Shown here one piece after another: positions 27,401 to 42,400 of a stretch of DNA of 64,000 nt. This DNA is from Lytechinus pictus (Eukaryota): NCBI RefSeq assembly GCF_037042905.1, contig NC_087252.1, positions 26,290,001 through 26,354,000 on the forward strand, in the 5' to 3' direction. How positions within the stretch are numbered: position 1 is the first letter of the stretch; each line of letters starts with the position of its first letter. The notes under the pieces are model-generated. The model was not told where the DNA came from. It worked only from the letters and a program-made list of their open reading frames with translations, and searched no databases. The translations under genes and the position numbers were made by a program.

Positions 27401-30400
27401 GATCTGAAAAAAGCTGAAGAGTGTTGAAAAAGTCTGAAATAGAAAGAGCTCCCATACTTTTTGTACAGAGGAAGGCCAAAAATAAGCTGAAATTAAGCTG
27501 AAAATCAAAACAAAAAAATCTGAAATCAGATAAAAATCTGAATTCTCACACCCCTGCATTATAATCTGCAATGTCAAAACCACTCAAGCCATGCCCACTT
27601 ACCAACTCATCGATTGAAAATAATCTGTCCACTAGGAAGAACCCTGGAAGACCAGCAGAGGGAGACTAGCCTACCCATAGATCACCATCCCTCCCAATCA
27701 TCACTATCAACTTTATTATAATCTTGAATATCCAAAACAACCAATGCCACGCCCACTTACCAACTTGTCTATTGAAGATAGTCTGTCCGCTAGGAAGGGG
27801 GACTAGCCTATCCATAGATCATCATCCCTCCTAATCCTCTCCATTAACACGAAACTCATGCCCATCAACTATATTATAATCTTAAATATTCAAAACAACC
27901 AATGCCACGCCCACTTACCAACTTGTCTTTTAGAGTAAGTTTGTCCACTAGGAAGACCACAGGTTATCTCAGGAAGATCAGCAGACAGAGACCAGCCAAT
28001 GACTTCACATATAACCATCAATCGTAATCCCTCTTCGTTAACATCAAACTCATTACCATCAACTTTATTGTATAATCTTATATCCAAAACAACCACGCCA
28101 TGCCCACTTACCAACTTGTCTATTGAAGATAGTATGTCCGCTAGGAAGGGGGACTAGCCTACCAATAGATCACCATCCCTCCCAATCATTACTATCAACT
28201 TTAATATAATCTTGAATATCCAAAACAACCAATGCCACACCCACTTACCTACTTGTCTATTGAAGATAGTCTGACCACTAGGAAGACCACAAGTTATCTC
28301 GGGAAGATTAGCAAACAAAGACCAATAACTTAACAGATAATTATTAATCCTAATCCCTCTTCGTTAACATCAAACTCATTACCATCAACTTTATTGTATA
28401 ATCTAGAATATCCAAAACAACCTATGCCAAGCCCACTTACCAACTTGTCTATTGAAGACAGTATGTCTGCTAGGAAGACCACAGGTTATCTCAGGAAGAT
28501 CAGCAGACAGAGACCAGCCAATGACTTCACAGATAAGCATTAATCCAAATCCCTCTTCATTAACACGAAACTCATGCCCATCAACTTTATTATAATCTTA
28601 AAGGAGAATGAAACTCTTGGAGCAAGTTAGCTTTTGTGAAAGCAGACAAATCAAAGAATAAGATCAACAAAACTTTGAGTAAAATAGGACTAGCAATAAA
28701 AGAGTTATGAGCATTTGAATGTCGAGATCACTAATGCTATGGAGATCCTCCCATTGGCAATGCGACCAAGATCTGTGATGTCACACACGTACAACTCTCC
28801 CATTTGGACACTGAAAATATACCCCAAAACATATCTTTTTGCTCATTCTAATCATATGACAAACGATTCATCAATGATATAATGTTGTGAAACCTCTGTA
28901 CTTGTCATCTCATAAAGAGAACACCTCACCTTGTGATAGACTCTATAAAAGTGAGAATATACGTGAAATAAGTACTAAAGTAACGAGGGAGTTGTACGTG
29001 TGTGATATCACAGATCTTGGTCGCATTGCCGATGGGAGGATCTACATGGCACTAGTTATCTCAATATTCAAATGCTCATAACTTTCTTATCATTCATTCA
29101 ATCTTCCTCAAACTTTCAACAATATGTTTCTTTGATTTTTCTCTTTGATATGGATTCAGCTGGTTTCAAGGGTTTCATTCTCCTTTAAATATCCCAAACA
29201 AACTTTGCCACGCCCACTTACCAACTTGTCTATTGAAGATGGTCTGTCCGCTAGGAAGGAGGACTAGCCTACCAATAGATCCCCATACCTCCCAATCCTC
29301 TTTATTTAAATTACACGAAACTCATTACCATTAATTTTATTATAACCTTAAGTATCCAAAACAACCAATGCCATGCCCACTTACCAACTTGTCAATTAAA
29401 AATAGTCTGTCTGCTAGGGAGGAGTACTAGCCTACTAATAGATCACCATATCTCCTAATCCTCTTCAGTTAATTTACACGAAACTCATTACCATTAACTT
29501 TATTATAATCCTAAATATCCAAAACAACCTTTGCCACGCCCACTTACCTACTTGTATATTGAAGATAGTCTTCCACTAGGGAAGACCGAGGTAATTTCAG
29601 GAAGATTAGCAGACAGAGACCAGCCAATGACTTCACAGATCACCATTAATCCTAATCACTCTTCATTAAAACGAAACTCATTACCATTAACTTTATCATA
29701 ATCTTAAATAGCCATAACAACATATGCCACGCCCACTTACCAACTTGTCTATTGAAGATAGTCTGTCCGCTAGGGAGGACCCAGGTTATTTCTGGAAGGC
29801 CAGCAGTGGGTGACCACCCAACCACCTCGCAGATCACCGTCACCATCCCTCCAACAGTAGGGGACTGGTCCGAAGGAATAGTCAGTCTCACGTAATACTC
29901 CTCCCCAACTTGAATCAAAATTACAGACAATAGATTAATTGCAGTTTAAAATGCATTTACACACATGACAGGAAATTTTTATTATGATAAAAAGCTGTTC
30001 TCTTTTGTGACTTGGAAAATGAATGGTGAATTATTCAATTCCCATATAATTTGCATAGGTAACTTAAGATGGTAATGTTATTTCAATAGGTACATTTTTA
30101 TTACCATAGGTTTGTACTATGCACGTATAAGAGCTACCTAATAGAATATTGTGTTGTTATAAATTGTAACCATGGAAGCCATGACCAACAATTGAACATA
30201 GTATTTCGGAGCTTAGAAAACTAATAAGGCCTTTATCCCCCTCCCGATCTCAGCTGTTGATTTTCTGAATACAATCGATCATGGTTTGTTCATAATGCAT
30301 AATAAAATCAATATCATTACTCTTAACAAGAATAGTTATTTTTTTCTTATCTTTTGTACATTATTTCATAGAAAGAATTCATCAAATTCTGTTATTCCAT

Positions 30401-33400
30401 GTTTGATTTATATGAAACACTTAGGCAAAGAATTAGATAGAATGCCATTTTACCTGATATTTGACACATGGTTCCCACAAAGCCATATTGACAGATGCAT
30501 TTGTAGTTGATGCAGTACCCACCATTGGCACAGGCAGGACAACGATCCACTGTAAAAAAAAAAAAAAAAAAAGGAAAAAAAAAAAGGGATACATACTTTG
30601 TTAAAAACTTTTTAAACCTTGTAGCTCAAAATAATTTCTAAATATTAAATACAACAGCTCAGAAAGTGCTATATCGTAGAGTTATGACATAAGTGGATAC
30701 CTGTTTTGCCTCAAAATAGCTCTCTAAAGCAATCAGGAGAATGTTTTCAACCAATATGAGATTGAAACCAATTGCTGTAATTGTCATAAGTCTGAAATGC
30801 AGTTTTTTTCTGAGCTGCTATTAAAGTCCTTACATTTTAGATACAAGGTTTGATTAGCCTAATGTATATTTTAATAGATACACTTACTTGACACTCAATA
30901 ATTACTCTATCATCAATTCTACTGCCTTATGAGATATATCTTCTTCATATATCTTGGAGTTCTGTAGAAATTTTGCTTTAAACATTTCTTTATTGAAACT
31001 CACTTAGTATACTATAACATGTTGGAAAGAAACTTATTCACTGTCATTTGCAAATAAAAAGAAAATATCCAAAAGAAAGAGCAAATGTAACTATAGCATA
31101 CCAAATTACAATATCTGTTGTAGGAAGCAGACCACAAATCATAAATTTGCAACAAAATGCAGGATTCATAGGACCTAACATTGATTTAAAGTCGATTGCA
31201 ATTTAAGACTGATGGCACATTTACCATCAATGAGAAATCATACACAATAGTACCCTACACAACTGCCATTATATAGAATGGTCATTCTTCAATGTAACAC
31301 ATTGTTAAAAAAATGTATTGTAGTTTTACGGCAATAGGGCGATAGAAAGGTCTCACTTACTCTCTATTCCACAGCGTGGTCCTTCAAATCCACTGCGACA
31401 CATGCAAATATTGTTGAAGCAAGTTCCACCATTGAGACAAGGCTCTTGACACTGGGGGACTAAGCAGGTGCATATAACGTGCTATCATACAGTATACAGT
31501 GAGAACTATTCCATGTAGGTGAGGCACATTAGATAGTGAATAGCGAAACTAATTCATACATGAAATGCAGGTAAGGTCATTTATACAGTGAATGGTGAAA
31601 ACTATTTCATACAGTATTTGAATTGCAGGTGAGGTACATGTACTCAGAGATGCCTGAAAGTTTGAATGCACTCATGCACTGAATTTTATAATACCAAAAA
31701 ATATCTTTTTACATCAATCACAGGTATGTTACATAAACACAATTAGAACATAGATGCATAGGCCTATACATAACTGCATATGTGCAATAATGAGCAAAAC
31801 AAATTCCTAAGTGTGTAATTACAGCCATGAATATTTAAGTGAACACACAGATACACAGATTCAAGTGCAATTATTATGTATGATGTGAAAAAGATTGGGA
31901 TAGTACTGACAGGAGAAAATATAAAAACAAACAAAATTACATAACATACAAACAACTCTCGTGTAAAATCAACAGTGACTAAAAAATCTGGAGATAAACT
32001 GATAGGTCAGTATTTCTTACCATAGACCACTAGGGTCATAGCAAGACGCATTGTCAGGCCAGCAGCACATACATAACGCCCTCTATCATTAGCACTGAGA
32101 TCTTTGACGATAAGGTAGGAAGCATTCTGAGCAATCGGTTCATAGTAGATTCGGTGGCCAGGAGCTGCACAAAATGAAATTTGACAGAAAATATTGGTTG
32201 TTGAATGGTGCATTTGACAACTACAGCTGTCAATTTTATTCATTGTTTCCATATTCAATGGATATTGTCCATAGAATGTTGCACAGGTGTACCACAACAC
32301 AGCTGGAACAAGGATTTAATTCCAAGATAAACAATTTAAAATGTACATAATCTTTTAAAAACAGGGGAATCCCTTACTGCAATGCATGAATATTTATTAT
32401 AAAACTCATACAAAGATTCTTGTAATTTGATTTGTTGAAAGCCATTCAATATTTGATCCATTTTGTGCTGCATGCAAATTTTATTTTCCATTGCACGGCA
32501 ACCGTGCATTTTTTATTTTTCCATTGCACAATTGAGCTCTCTCCTTCAGTGTGTACCACTAAGCATGGGTGTGTACGTACATTTTGTATGTGTGTGTGTG
32601 TTTGCGTGCATCGAAGTAAGCGCATCAACAAAGGCTGACTGTGCGCACTCAGATTCATGAATCAAAGTGTACGTCACAAAAGAACAAAAACAATTAACTG
32701 CTTTCATACACCGAGAAAATAATAATATTTTCAGAGAAAATGAATTGTCAAAGGTAAAATATGTCTTAATTCCATCTGCTTTTTTTCTTTTTTCTTCTCT
32801 ATTGTCAAATAACAAAATCTAGAAAATTTGTTGTATAAACCAAATGATGCATTTCTTCATTCGTCCATTATGCGACCTATCAACTCTCGTTGAGGCTGTG
32901 TTCAACCCATTGCACTCTGCACTCAGCCTAACGGCTTCGTGCAATGGATTTAACAGAGCCTCAACTCGCGTAAGGATAGATTGCCTAATGAACTCATGCG
33001 CATGCATCACTTGTATACCATATGTGCATTGTTAAAATTATAGTCTTATATACAATTTTTTATCCAATATCATTTTATATTGCATGATCTAATTAATAAT
33101 AACATTAAAAATGATAATTATATTGGATGATATTTCTTCATGGGATTCCAGAAATATTCTATTCGTTAGGGTCAATATTGCACTCATCTATGATTCTTGC
33201 AATATTTCCCAACTTGAGGAATATTTCTGGTATCCCATTCTGAACCTTCCAATGTAGTATAAACAAGCATGTATTACCTTCTGTTCTGCTTATGATAGGC
33301 ATATCATTCTGGTCGTACCATTGCGGGATGTCTGACATACTAGTTGAGTTGGTCTCACAGATGAAGCCCACTGTCTTCCCGACCATGTGATCATTGTTAG

Positions 33401-36400
33401 GGTTGGGGTAGATGTGGATATTGAATGCTTCGAGGCCTGCGTAGGAAGTAGGAAAAGATTGCATATAAAATAAATCAATTCAATCAAGTTCAATCTAGCT
33501 AGGTGCTTCATACAGCTGTTCATAAGTTAAGCATGATTTTGCACACAGCAACTTCCTTACTCTTTTCCTAAATAACAAAATCTCCTGTTTGAACATAATC
33601 ACAGGAGCTTTCCTACAACCCTGATTTTTTTCTACAAATCTTGACAAATGATAATCTTTGCAATCACGTATTTATTCAGTAAAGATGTGATTTCAACTGA
33701 TTAAAATGAATCAAAATGAATTACGATAGCACTCAGTAATAGGTCACCAGTTGTGAGCATAAAGCCACTTGTAACTTATGAACAGTTTATAACACACTAA
33801 TTCAGGGCTTCATATATCTAGTTTCCTTTAGGTTGATGATGGGTTATGAGTAATACAATGTTAGATTTAGTTAGAGCATAATAATTTATTGGACTTTAGA
33901 ATGATATATATATTGAACTAAACTTATGCAATCTAGTCTATTGCAGGAGCTAAATTAATAACTAAAGAGTTTTAAGCATTTATGCATCTAAATAACAAAT
34001 AATATACATACATTAGGAAATAAAGAGGTGGGTCTTTAGAGTTGTTACAATAGGTAACAATATTCAAGTAGAATTCTAATTTCATCACCAATCAAAAGGG
34101 GTTTTAATATTATCTTTGTACTTACTTGCCGAGTGCTGACAGAACTGACCAGTCGATCCATCCTCACATTCACACACGCCATTGAGGCAAACACCTCCAT
34201 TGAAACATGGTGGATCGCAGGGAGCTGAAATCAAGGGACCAAATGACATAGAAATATTAAAACAATATAATTGATGTATTTTTTCATCACCAATTGTAGT
34301 TCTATTATTATGATTATCATTTTATCATTCATATTACCAATATGATTTTCAACATTAATATCATTATAATCATCCATAATTGTTCTGCCATGTTTATCTA
34401 TTACGATCATTATCAAATTCCTTTTATAAATGTGTAAGGAATGCAGTGGGTGAGCAATCTAAATCTACATGACATGACATTGGTTTTTAGTCCATAATGC
34501 ATAAAAAATTGTGTGAAATAGACACAATCCTATTATTGAAACAAGATTGGTAGATTTTAGAAAATGAAGACTTACTGATTGCAACAATGCTACAGAATGG
34601 GCCTGAGTAAGATGCATGACATATACAGGTTCCATTCACACATGTTCCTCCATTCTGACAAGGTCTCTGTTCACATCCAGCCACTGAAAACACACAATTA
34701 TAAATACAGATATAAATATAATTATGAATCACAAAGTTCTTTTATTAATGTCGTAATTTTGGTTACTGAATGTATCTTTGCATTTAGATATTTATTTCAA
34801 CTGTGATGAGAATACAATCTTATTTATCGCATTGATTTGTATTGATTTACCTGTATTTACTTGATTCATATTATGTTGAAGATGAAATAAATGGACAAAA
34901 ATAATTTTTCTTCATCACTATATAGAAGAATTTACTCTAGATATAATCAGAAATCATAGTAACTCTATGACTCCTTTTCCATACATTATGACATCTATTC
35001 TAGAAATAAACAAAAAATGCAAATGTCACACTTTCATTTTGGTACACAGTTAAATATACATGTATATCCAAGACATACAAAGAAAACAAAATTTTTTTTT
35101 TTTTACTTTTTTTATATTTTAGTACAAAATTATAATAAAATGAAAACTTCTATACCCAGAGAAAACAAACAAGGACACATGAGTTGCTTTTTTCCATATT
35201 CAAACAGAGCAATATAGATTTTGATTTCATGGAAAAAAAGAAAAAAAATCTTATTTCATGGAAAAAAAAGAAAGATAACCCCTTTGAAAGTATATAAAGA
35301 GGTTTATTTAGGGGCTTTTGCAGAAAACCTATTTGCTTCAAACTTCAAAATGACTTGAAAAAAATTTACTTGGAAATAATTACAAGTTTCTTGCAATATC
35401 CACTTAGACTAAATTTGCAATAAATTGTAAGAACTTTGATTCATCAGGAGATCTAAATTTGATTTGTAAAGGATTAAAAGACTTACATCTAATTTGGCAA
35501 TACTGGCCAAGATATCCATAGGGGCATTCACATAATCCATCCAGGCAGACTCCTCCATTTTGACACAGGGGCCAGCATTCTATGAACACGTGAGGGAAGA
35601 AGGCGGTGCAAAAATATATTATCACTCCAATCATGTATGCATCTGTTGACCAAGCACTCTGAAAATCAATCACCTCACAGAACATAGTAACAGGGAGGTA
35701 AAGAATTTTCATCAATGATTTGGAATCTCCTGATTTGGGGTAATTGGCCTACGATGGATGAATACGGAGGAGGGCACACCCTCAAGGGTGAAAGGATTCT
35801 GGATCACTGGCTAGTTTGTGAAATTTAAAGCTCCCCAGAATTACCATAGAGAAATATCAATAATTCAGCAAAGACAAAGAAAAAAATATTGGGCAAAGAG
35901 AAACATATTAAATGATCTTCATTTCAACATATACTCTGAAATTGCTAAGACATCATGTGATACATACAAACATGTATAAAGTCCTTCAGTTTAATTCAAC
36001 ATTCATGAATTTGGAAATAACATAACATTCATAATAGTGACAAAATATAAAAAATATGCCTTAACACATCATTGTCTTCCTGTTCAATGCAGTAAAGCAA
36101 AACTACAAAATAAAAATATATTCAACGTGACTCAGAGATCAAGGTTTTTATCAAAAAATTGCAACTGACCTCTGCTTTCACACTGAAGTCCAGAGTAGTG
36201 GAGTGGACAAACACAGTTGCCTTGGAAACATGTTCCTCCATTCAGACAAGGGGGGTTGCAAGCTAAGTTGCGAAAGAAGACAAATAAAAGTAATCATTTT
36301 AAGGTCAGACTAAATGCAAAGTGACAGCTGCTGTGTAAAATATTAATTATTTTTAATTCATTAAAGAGCTGACTACATCAACTAATTATACACCATAACA

Positions 36401-39400
36401 CAGATACTACAAGGGGAAGATTGGACAGTACATAGCCCGCGTAATGAAATGCTCGGGAAGAGCGCCCTACGGCTTTGAGTAAGTAACAACCTTTATTTAC
36501 CTTTGCGTATCGCGAGATGGTTGTGTACAAAACATATGAGAGAAATGGTGAAGGGTTGAAGGAATAGATGATTTTTTAATTTCAATTTTTTTTTCTTCAA
36601 TTTTTCCCCCTTAAATTTGAGATGAATATATTTCAGAGGTTTCTTGGTAATGAAAGTTGGAATTATTCCCATGCGCCACCCTTGAGCCCTCTCCAAAGTC
36701 CCCTTTCATTTTCCCCATATGTTTTATACAGTCGTGTGCCAATATGCGAAGGTTTACTTACTCAACGCTGTTAGGCGCCCTTCCCCAGAAGCATTTTTCA
36801 GGCGTTTTGGAGCGTTTAAAAAAATTGTCGAAGTGTCCGATCTTCCCCTTGTAGTATCTTTGACCATAATTACCAATTAAATACATGTTCATTTATTATC
36901 TGTGAGGCTGACTGCCTTCTCTTATGCCACGAAAAAAAGTCAGTCAATATCTGCAGAATCATTTTTATTTCCTCAATGATGAACCATACAGCATATTTAA
37001 TAGTATTCTCATAGCACTGACATTTTTAAGTCTGGCTTAACTTTGGTCTACAATTGCATGTGGGAACTGTTGCCAACCTATACCCTTTACAGGTAATAAA
37101 ACTCCTGCAATACAAAGTGCAATTAAAATGTTATTGATATTATGTAGTTTCACACTCACTTTCTAATTCACATGCTATACCCTCATATCCAGTGGGACAC
37201 ACACATGCTCCAAAGTTACATGTTCCTCCATTCTGACAGGGTCGGATGCAATCTACAATACAAATATATCCAAAGGTTAAAGGTCAAAGGTCATAGACAT
37301 CACACTTCTCATTCAACAAACTGTAGTAGTTAGGGATTCAAGATGATCATATTGAATAGTAATAGCAAATTATGATATTTTTCAACAAATATACATGTAC
37401 ATGCATGTCTGAATTCTATTAACTCATCATACACAAATTTCTTGTTGACTTTGACTATTATTTTTCATGTAACCTACAAAGATTAGTAAGTAGTATTCCA
37501 TTAAATATTGACATGATTTACATTATAACAAATTCTGGAATATTTTTTTATACTTTGGTAGCATTTTCACCAAAGGGGAGTCAAAATGGCCTTGCACAGG
37601 CCAAAAGTCAGTAACAGACTGGAACCAATCCTCTTCGTGAGAATTCCAATAAAATTTTCTGATTATAAGCTAATGAGAGTACAGGTTTTTATTTAGTATA
37701 GAAAATATATCAAAACAATTTTAATTTGGTATGAAACATTAGGTTGAAAAATTCATTATCAGGTAAGTGTTCCATTAAGCTATACATTAAGGTATGCAGG
37801 ACTTTAGGCAGGACCAGGGGCCCGTAACACACAGATTAGCAATCATCGTAGACATTTTTACAACTGATTGCATTGACTGCAAAGTACAATTAATCATGAA
37901 AATCAAGTGTACGATTAATTGCTAACCTTTGTGTTACGAGCTCCAGAACATCAGAACATGTTCTGGGTGCTAGGTAATATGTACAAGGATACAATATATC
38001 ACTTAGAACAAGGATAACCAGTTGTGTGTGATATCAACATGCATAACTCAACAACAGCTACATGTATATAAAATGGCCATGTAAAAAAGTTTCATGTACT
38101 ATGATAAGAAAATCAATCAGACTCTAAAAGAAATTCCCCAATAATAAATTATCTGATAAGAGAACATATAAATGAGATAATGGCTAAATAACAAAATTAA
38201 TATTTTAGTAGTGTCTCTAAAGAACTCGGTTGAATGAGAGAAAAAAATGCTAAATTAAGAAAATCACATTAAAATAGATTCTAGAAAAATAAATGAGAGT
38301 GAAATGAATAAGAGTGAAGTAATCAAAAAATATTTTAGATTCTGCAAATGCATAGAAACTGTGAAATTAAAAACCAACACTAAAAATGGAACACAGAAAT
38401 AGAAGTAAACATGACATCATAAAGTATACAAGAAAAAAGATGTGATACAAATCTGACATGTACAACCTTACTAAAACGAAATTTATGTTTCTCTCTATCA
38501 GATATGGATATTAGTGAATATGTAGTATCAGTTAAGAAAACAAATTAACGAAGGGAAATAGTCAAATTTAAAAATTAAATGCTTTTTTAAGAAGCATGCA
38601 TGAAAGTTACTACAAAGAGCACATGTTATGGTTGTGAATAAAGTTTGTATATCGATAACTGCTTGAGAGTTTGGGTAAGTGCATGGATGCCATTGCTGAT
38701 TACATTCTCTGAAAATCAATGGAGTTTGATGAAGATGAGCTTCTGTTATGTGATTATTATTTTTCTCTTTTGTTCAGTATTACCTGGCTCTTCACAATAA
38801 GGCCCAGTAAAGCCAGCAAAGCAAAGGCATAAACCATCTACACAGGTTCCCCCATGAGCGCATGGAAGGAGACAAGCTAAGACAGACAGATAGACAGATG
38901 AAACACAACAGCAAAACAAAAAAATATGAGCAATACTAAGCAAATGTTTAAGATGCTGTATTGGAGTGTATTGAGCAGCAAAAAAAAAATCAAAGGGAAT
39001 TAAGATTGACCTTTAGGAGCCTTGCGCTCTTGTTTATGGGAGTCATTTCTTTATGGAGGTGGGGGTCAGAATATACTAAGCAGTAAGCATTAAGCTTTTC
39101 AATTAATAATATTTCTGTATTAATGGGGACATTATCTGCAGCTATACATTTTGTCAATCATTGATTCTATATCTGTAAGAAAGAAAAAGCTGATTGCAGT
39201 TTTCATGATAACTACATTGAAAATGTATCATCTTTATCTGTTAACTAAAGTACAATAACCCAAAATTAGAGTTATTTTGTAATACTTTTTCTCAATTAAT
39301 TTAGTTCATTGTTAAAAGTAAAATAAAAGGGCATTATGAAAAGACAACACATATTACAAGGATATCCTGAGAAGTAATAACAAAATCTCTAGAAAAAATA

Positions 39401-42400
39401 TGAAACAAACTCACAAGTCTATTGACAACCAAAGAGAAAAGGAAATCATTATTATCCATTAAAAAAATCAATGACTTAATATAAGCCTATACTTACGATG
39501 TCAATAAAGCTATGAGGCAAGAAAAGGCATTGTCAGTATGTAAGCAAAGAAAAATATCATATAAGTCATATGCATATTCATGTGCATTTGAAATTTGAGC
39601 AGCAGAGCAAAGCATTTCATGAGAATAAGATATGATTAATGATGCCCTGTGCAAAGTGCAATGTCTTGATAACCATTATCTAGGCATGGATACTTTGTCA
39701 CAAATTAAACTCAGAGCTTGGGTTATAATTCACATGGATCATTCTACAATACAAGTTGAATGGGGTTGTTATCACAGCTATCATCTACTGTATTATTCTT
39801 GGATAGAGATGTTTCTTGTTAGCAGAGAACAGGATACTGTAACACAGCCTACAGTGTTAACTTAATCATCCATGTGGACGCTGATGACTGCAGTCCTCAA
39901 TGTCACACTAATTAAGCAACCGATTAGCTTACAAATGTCACATGACTACTGTCTTACTTTAAGGTTTGTAATCATGTTTACAGCATTAGATAAAAGAGGA
40001 AAATATTTGTTTTAAATCCAGAATTAAGTTAAACAACCCTGTAAGGCCACCGCACACCTTACGACTGTTCACGATCCGACTTTGGAACAAATCGCATTTT
40101 GCTCATTTTCTGAAGATGTGAATGGAACATATTTTATTTGAGGTTAAAATTAATTGAAAGAATACTATTATAACCATTTTTTAAGATTGCAAGCTTTTAT
40201 TTTGGAGTAAAGGCCAAATTAGTTTCAAATCGTAGCCAATTGTATGACAACTATGACATCGTTACGACTAGATATTAAATTCACTTTTATTCTAAGAAGG
40301 ATGATAGCATAGTCACAGATTTGAACATAGGTATTCGTACGATGATTTAGAACATTACACAGTAAGATATTCCAAGTCTCAATATTAGCATCAAATTCTA
40401 CTACATTTTATTCTGAAATCGGGTCGCAGACCAATCGTAAGGTGTGCGGTCGCCTTTAAGGGCAGAAAGCAAGGAAAGGGATGTAGAGGTCTGGGAGGGG
40501 AAGACTTACCTAAATCTTGGCAAACTTTTCCTGTAAATCCTGGCTGACAGATGCACACACCCCCAACACAGGTGCCATCATGCATGCAGGGTGGATCGCA
40601 CACTGGTATAGATATAACCATTAGTAACTAAGCGATTAATTCATTGTTAGTAGTTATAGTTGCGCAATTGTGTATAGAGTGGCAGTATTTGGTGAGCTAT
40701 TCCTGTTATTATTTCAATTTTGATGGTTCTAATCGGTTTGTGCACGATGGAAATCTTTGGCAAGCCTGTCAGTTGTACACAATTCAGCCTCTTGGCTGAA
40801 GTGCAATAAAAAAAAAACCTTTCCAAGATACTAAAGATGCTAAACAGGAATTTCCATGAAATAATCAAACATTTTTTGCACATCAGACTCCCATTTTTTC
40901 CAATTTCATTTCAATTTTTGCATGTCTAAAGTCACTAAGATTTGAGCTCACAAGAGTTAGAATTAGTGACGGACAATTCTAGGAAGGTCCCATAAGTACC
41001 GGGACAGATAAATTGATTGTTAGTAGTATACCATCACTTGCCATACATTGTCCTATTTACACAGTTTATGACATGTAAATAAGTGAGTTTTCATTGATTT
41101 TATGGTACATGATTTGAGAAAGTGGGCAGTTTCCACCTCCCTTTTATACAGAAATTACGGCTACATATTTTGAATGATTCAGAACAAATCACTGAAACAG
41201 CAAAGAAAGTTCATTTTAAACAAATATAAGCATTTCATGTAAATGGGGCAATATACATGTATATGGCAAGTGAGGGTGGTTGCATAGATGAGTATAGAGT
41301 GGCAGTATTTCATGAGTGAACTAGTGCAAAATGGCATAGATAAGAGCTTCAGGTGTAATATCATGAAATAATCAACACTTCCTGTACGTCCGATCCCCTT
41401 TTTTCTATTTTTATTTGACTTGTCAAACTGCTTATCAAAAGTCATGATCTTTTGAGAAAATACAAAATTTCTCATTCTTGTTTCACTCTGAGTGTCATCT
41501 AAAGATTAATGAAGTTAGAGCCACAAATTGTTTATCTATGTGGGTAGCATATGTGTATTTACATCATATCCCTTGTTTTCAGTTTATAATTTCAAGTTTA
41601 ATTTAAGGATTTAAATTGCAGTAAATAAATCAGGCGTACAACTCTAATGATTCTAGAGTTTATATGTCAAATATTATATTACACATAGGAAATCCTCTTC
41701 AGCAATTGAAGCAGGCATTGTCATTTAGAAAATATGTTAAAAGCACTGCAGTTATCTAAATATAATGCATTATAACATTCACATTAATGAATAAAATGGA
41801 TTTTGGATTAAATAAAGCACTTTGGTAGTTGCACTCCAAACACACTGTATATACAAAATCAATCACTCATGCATATATTTTCCTTCATATTTTTATATAA
41901 AAAATGCATAATTTCGTAGAGAATATCAAAAGCAGACACCAGGGCCCGTATTCACAAAACTTTAATAAATCTCGTAATCATTCAGTTTTTTAAAATAAGT
42001 AGACTTACTAAATTTTTATGAATTAGGGCCCAGTGAATATATTTAAACATTCTTAATAAATAATAATTAACTCTCTATGAGAATTTTGCAGCATAAGAAA
42101 GTCAGTGGCCTGCTCCATACAAGAGTTACAAATATATTGTCCCATTGCTATTATGGCAACTACCGTGGTAACAGGGCTCAGCAGCCAATCACAATCAAGG
42201 ATTCCATGGTAGTTGCAATTACGGCAAAGTTACATGTACAAGAGAAAAAATAAGTTGTGAATCTTTATGAAAAAGGCCCCGGTAAAGCATCAAAACAATA
42301 TATTTAGTGCAATTTCTCTTTCTCAGTTTTATGCGATATATATCACTCACATATGCATATACTAAACACACACAAGGATTTATTTGAGATTTGTTAAGAT

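Noticed and set aside
27590..29740. CRISPR-like repeat/spacer look
   Set aside because: Eukaryotic context, the spacers are homologous to each other, the repeat derives from an exon end, and there are no cas genes.
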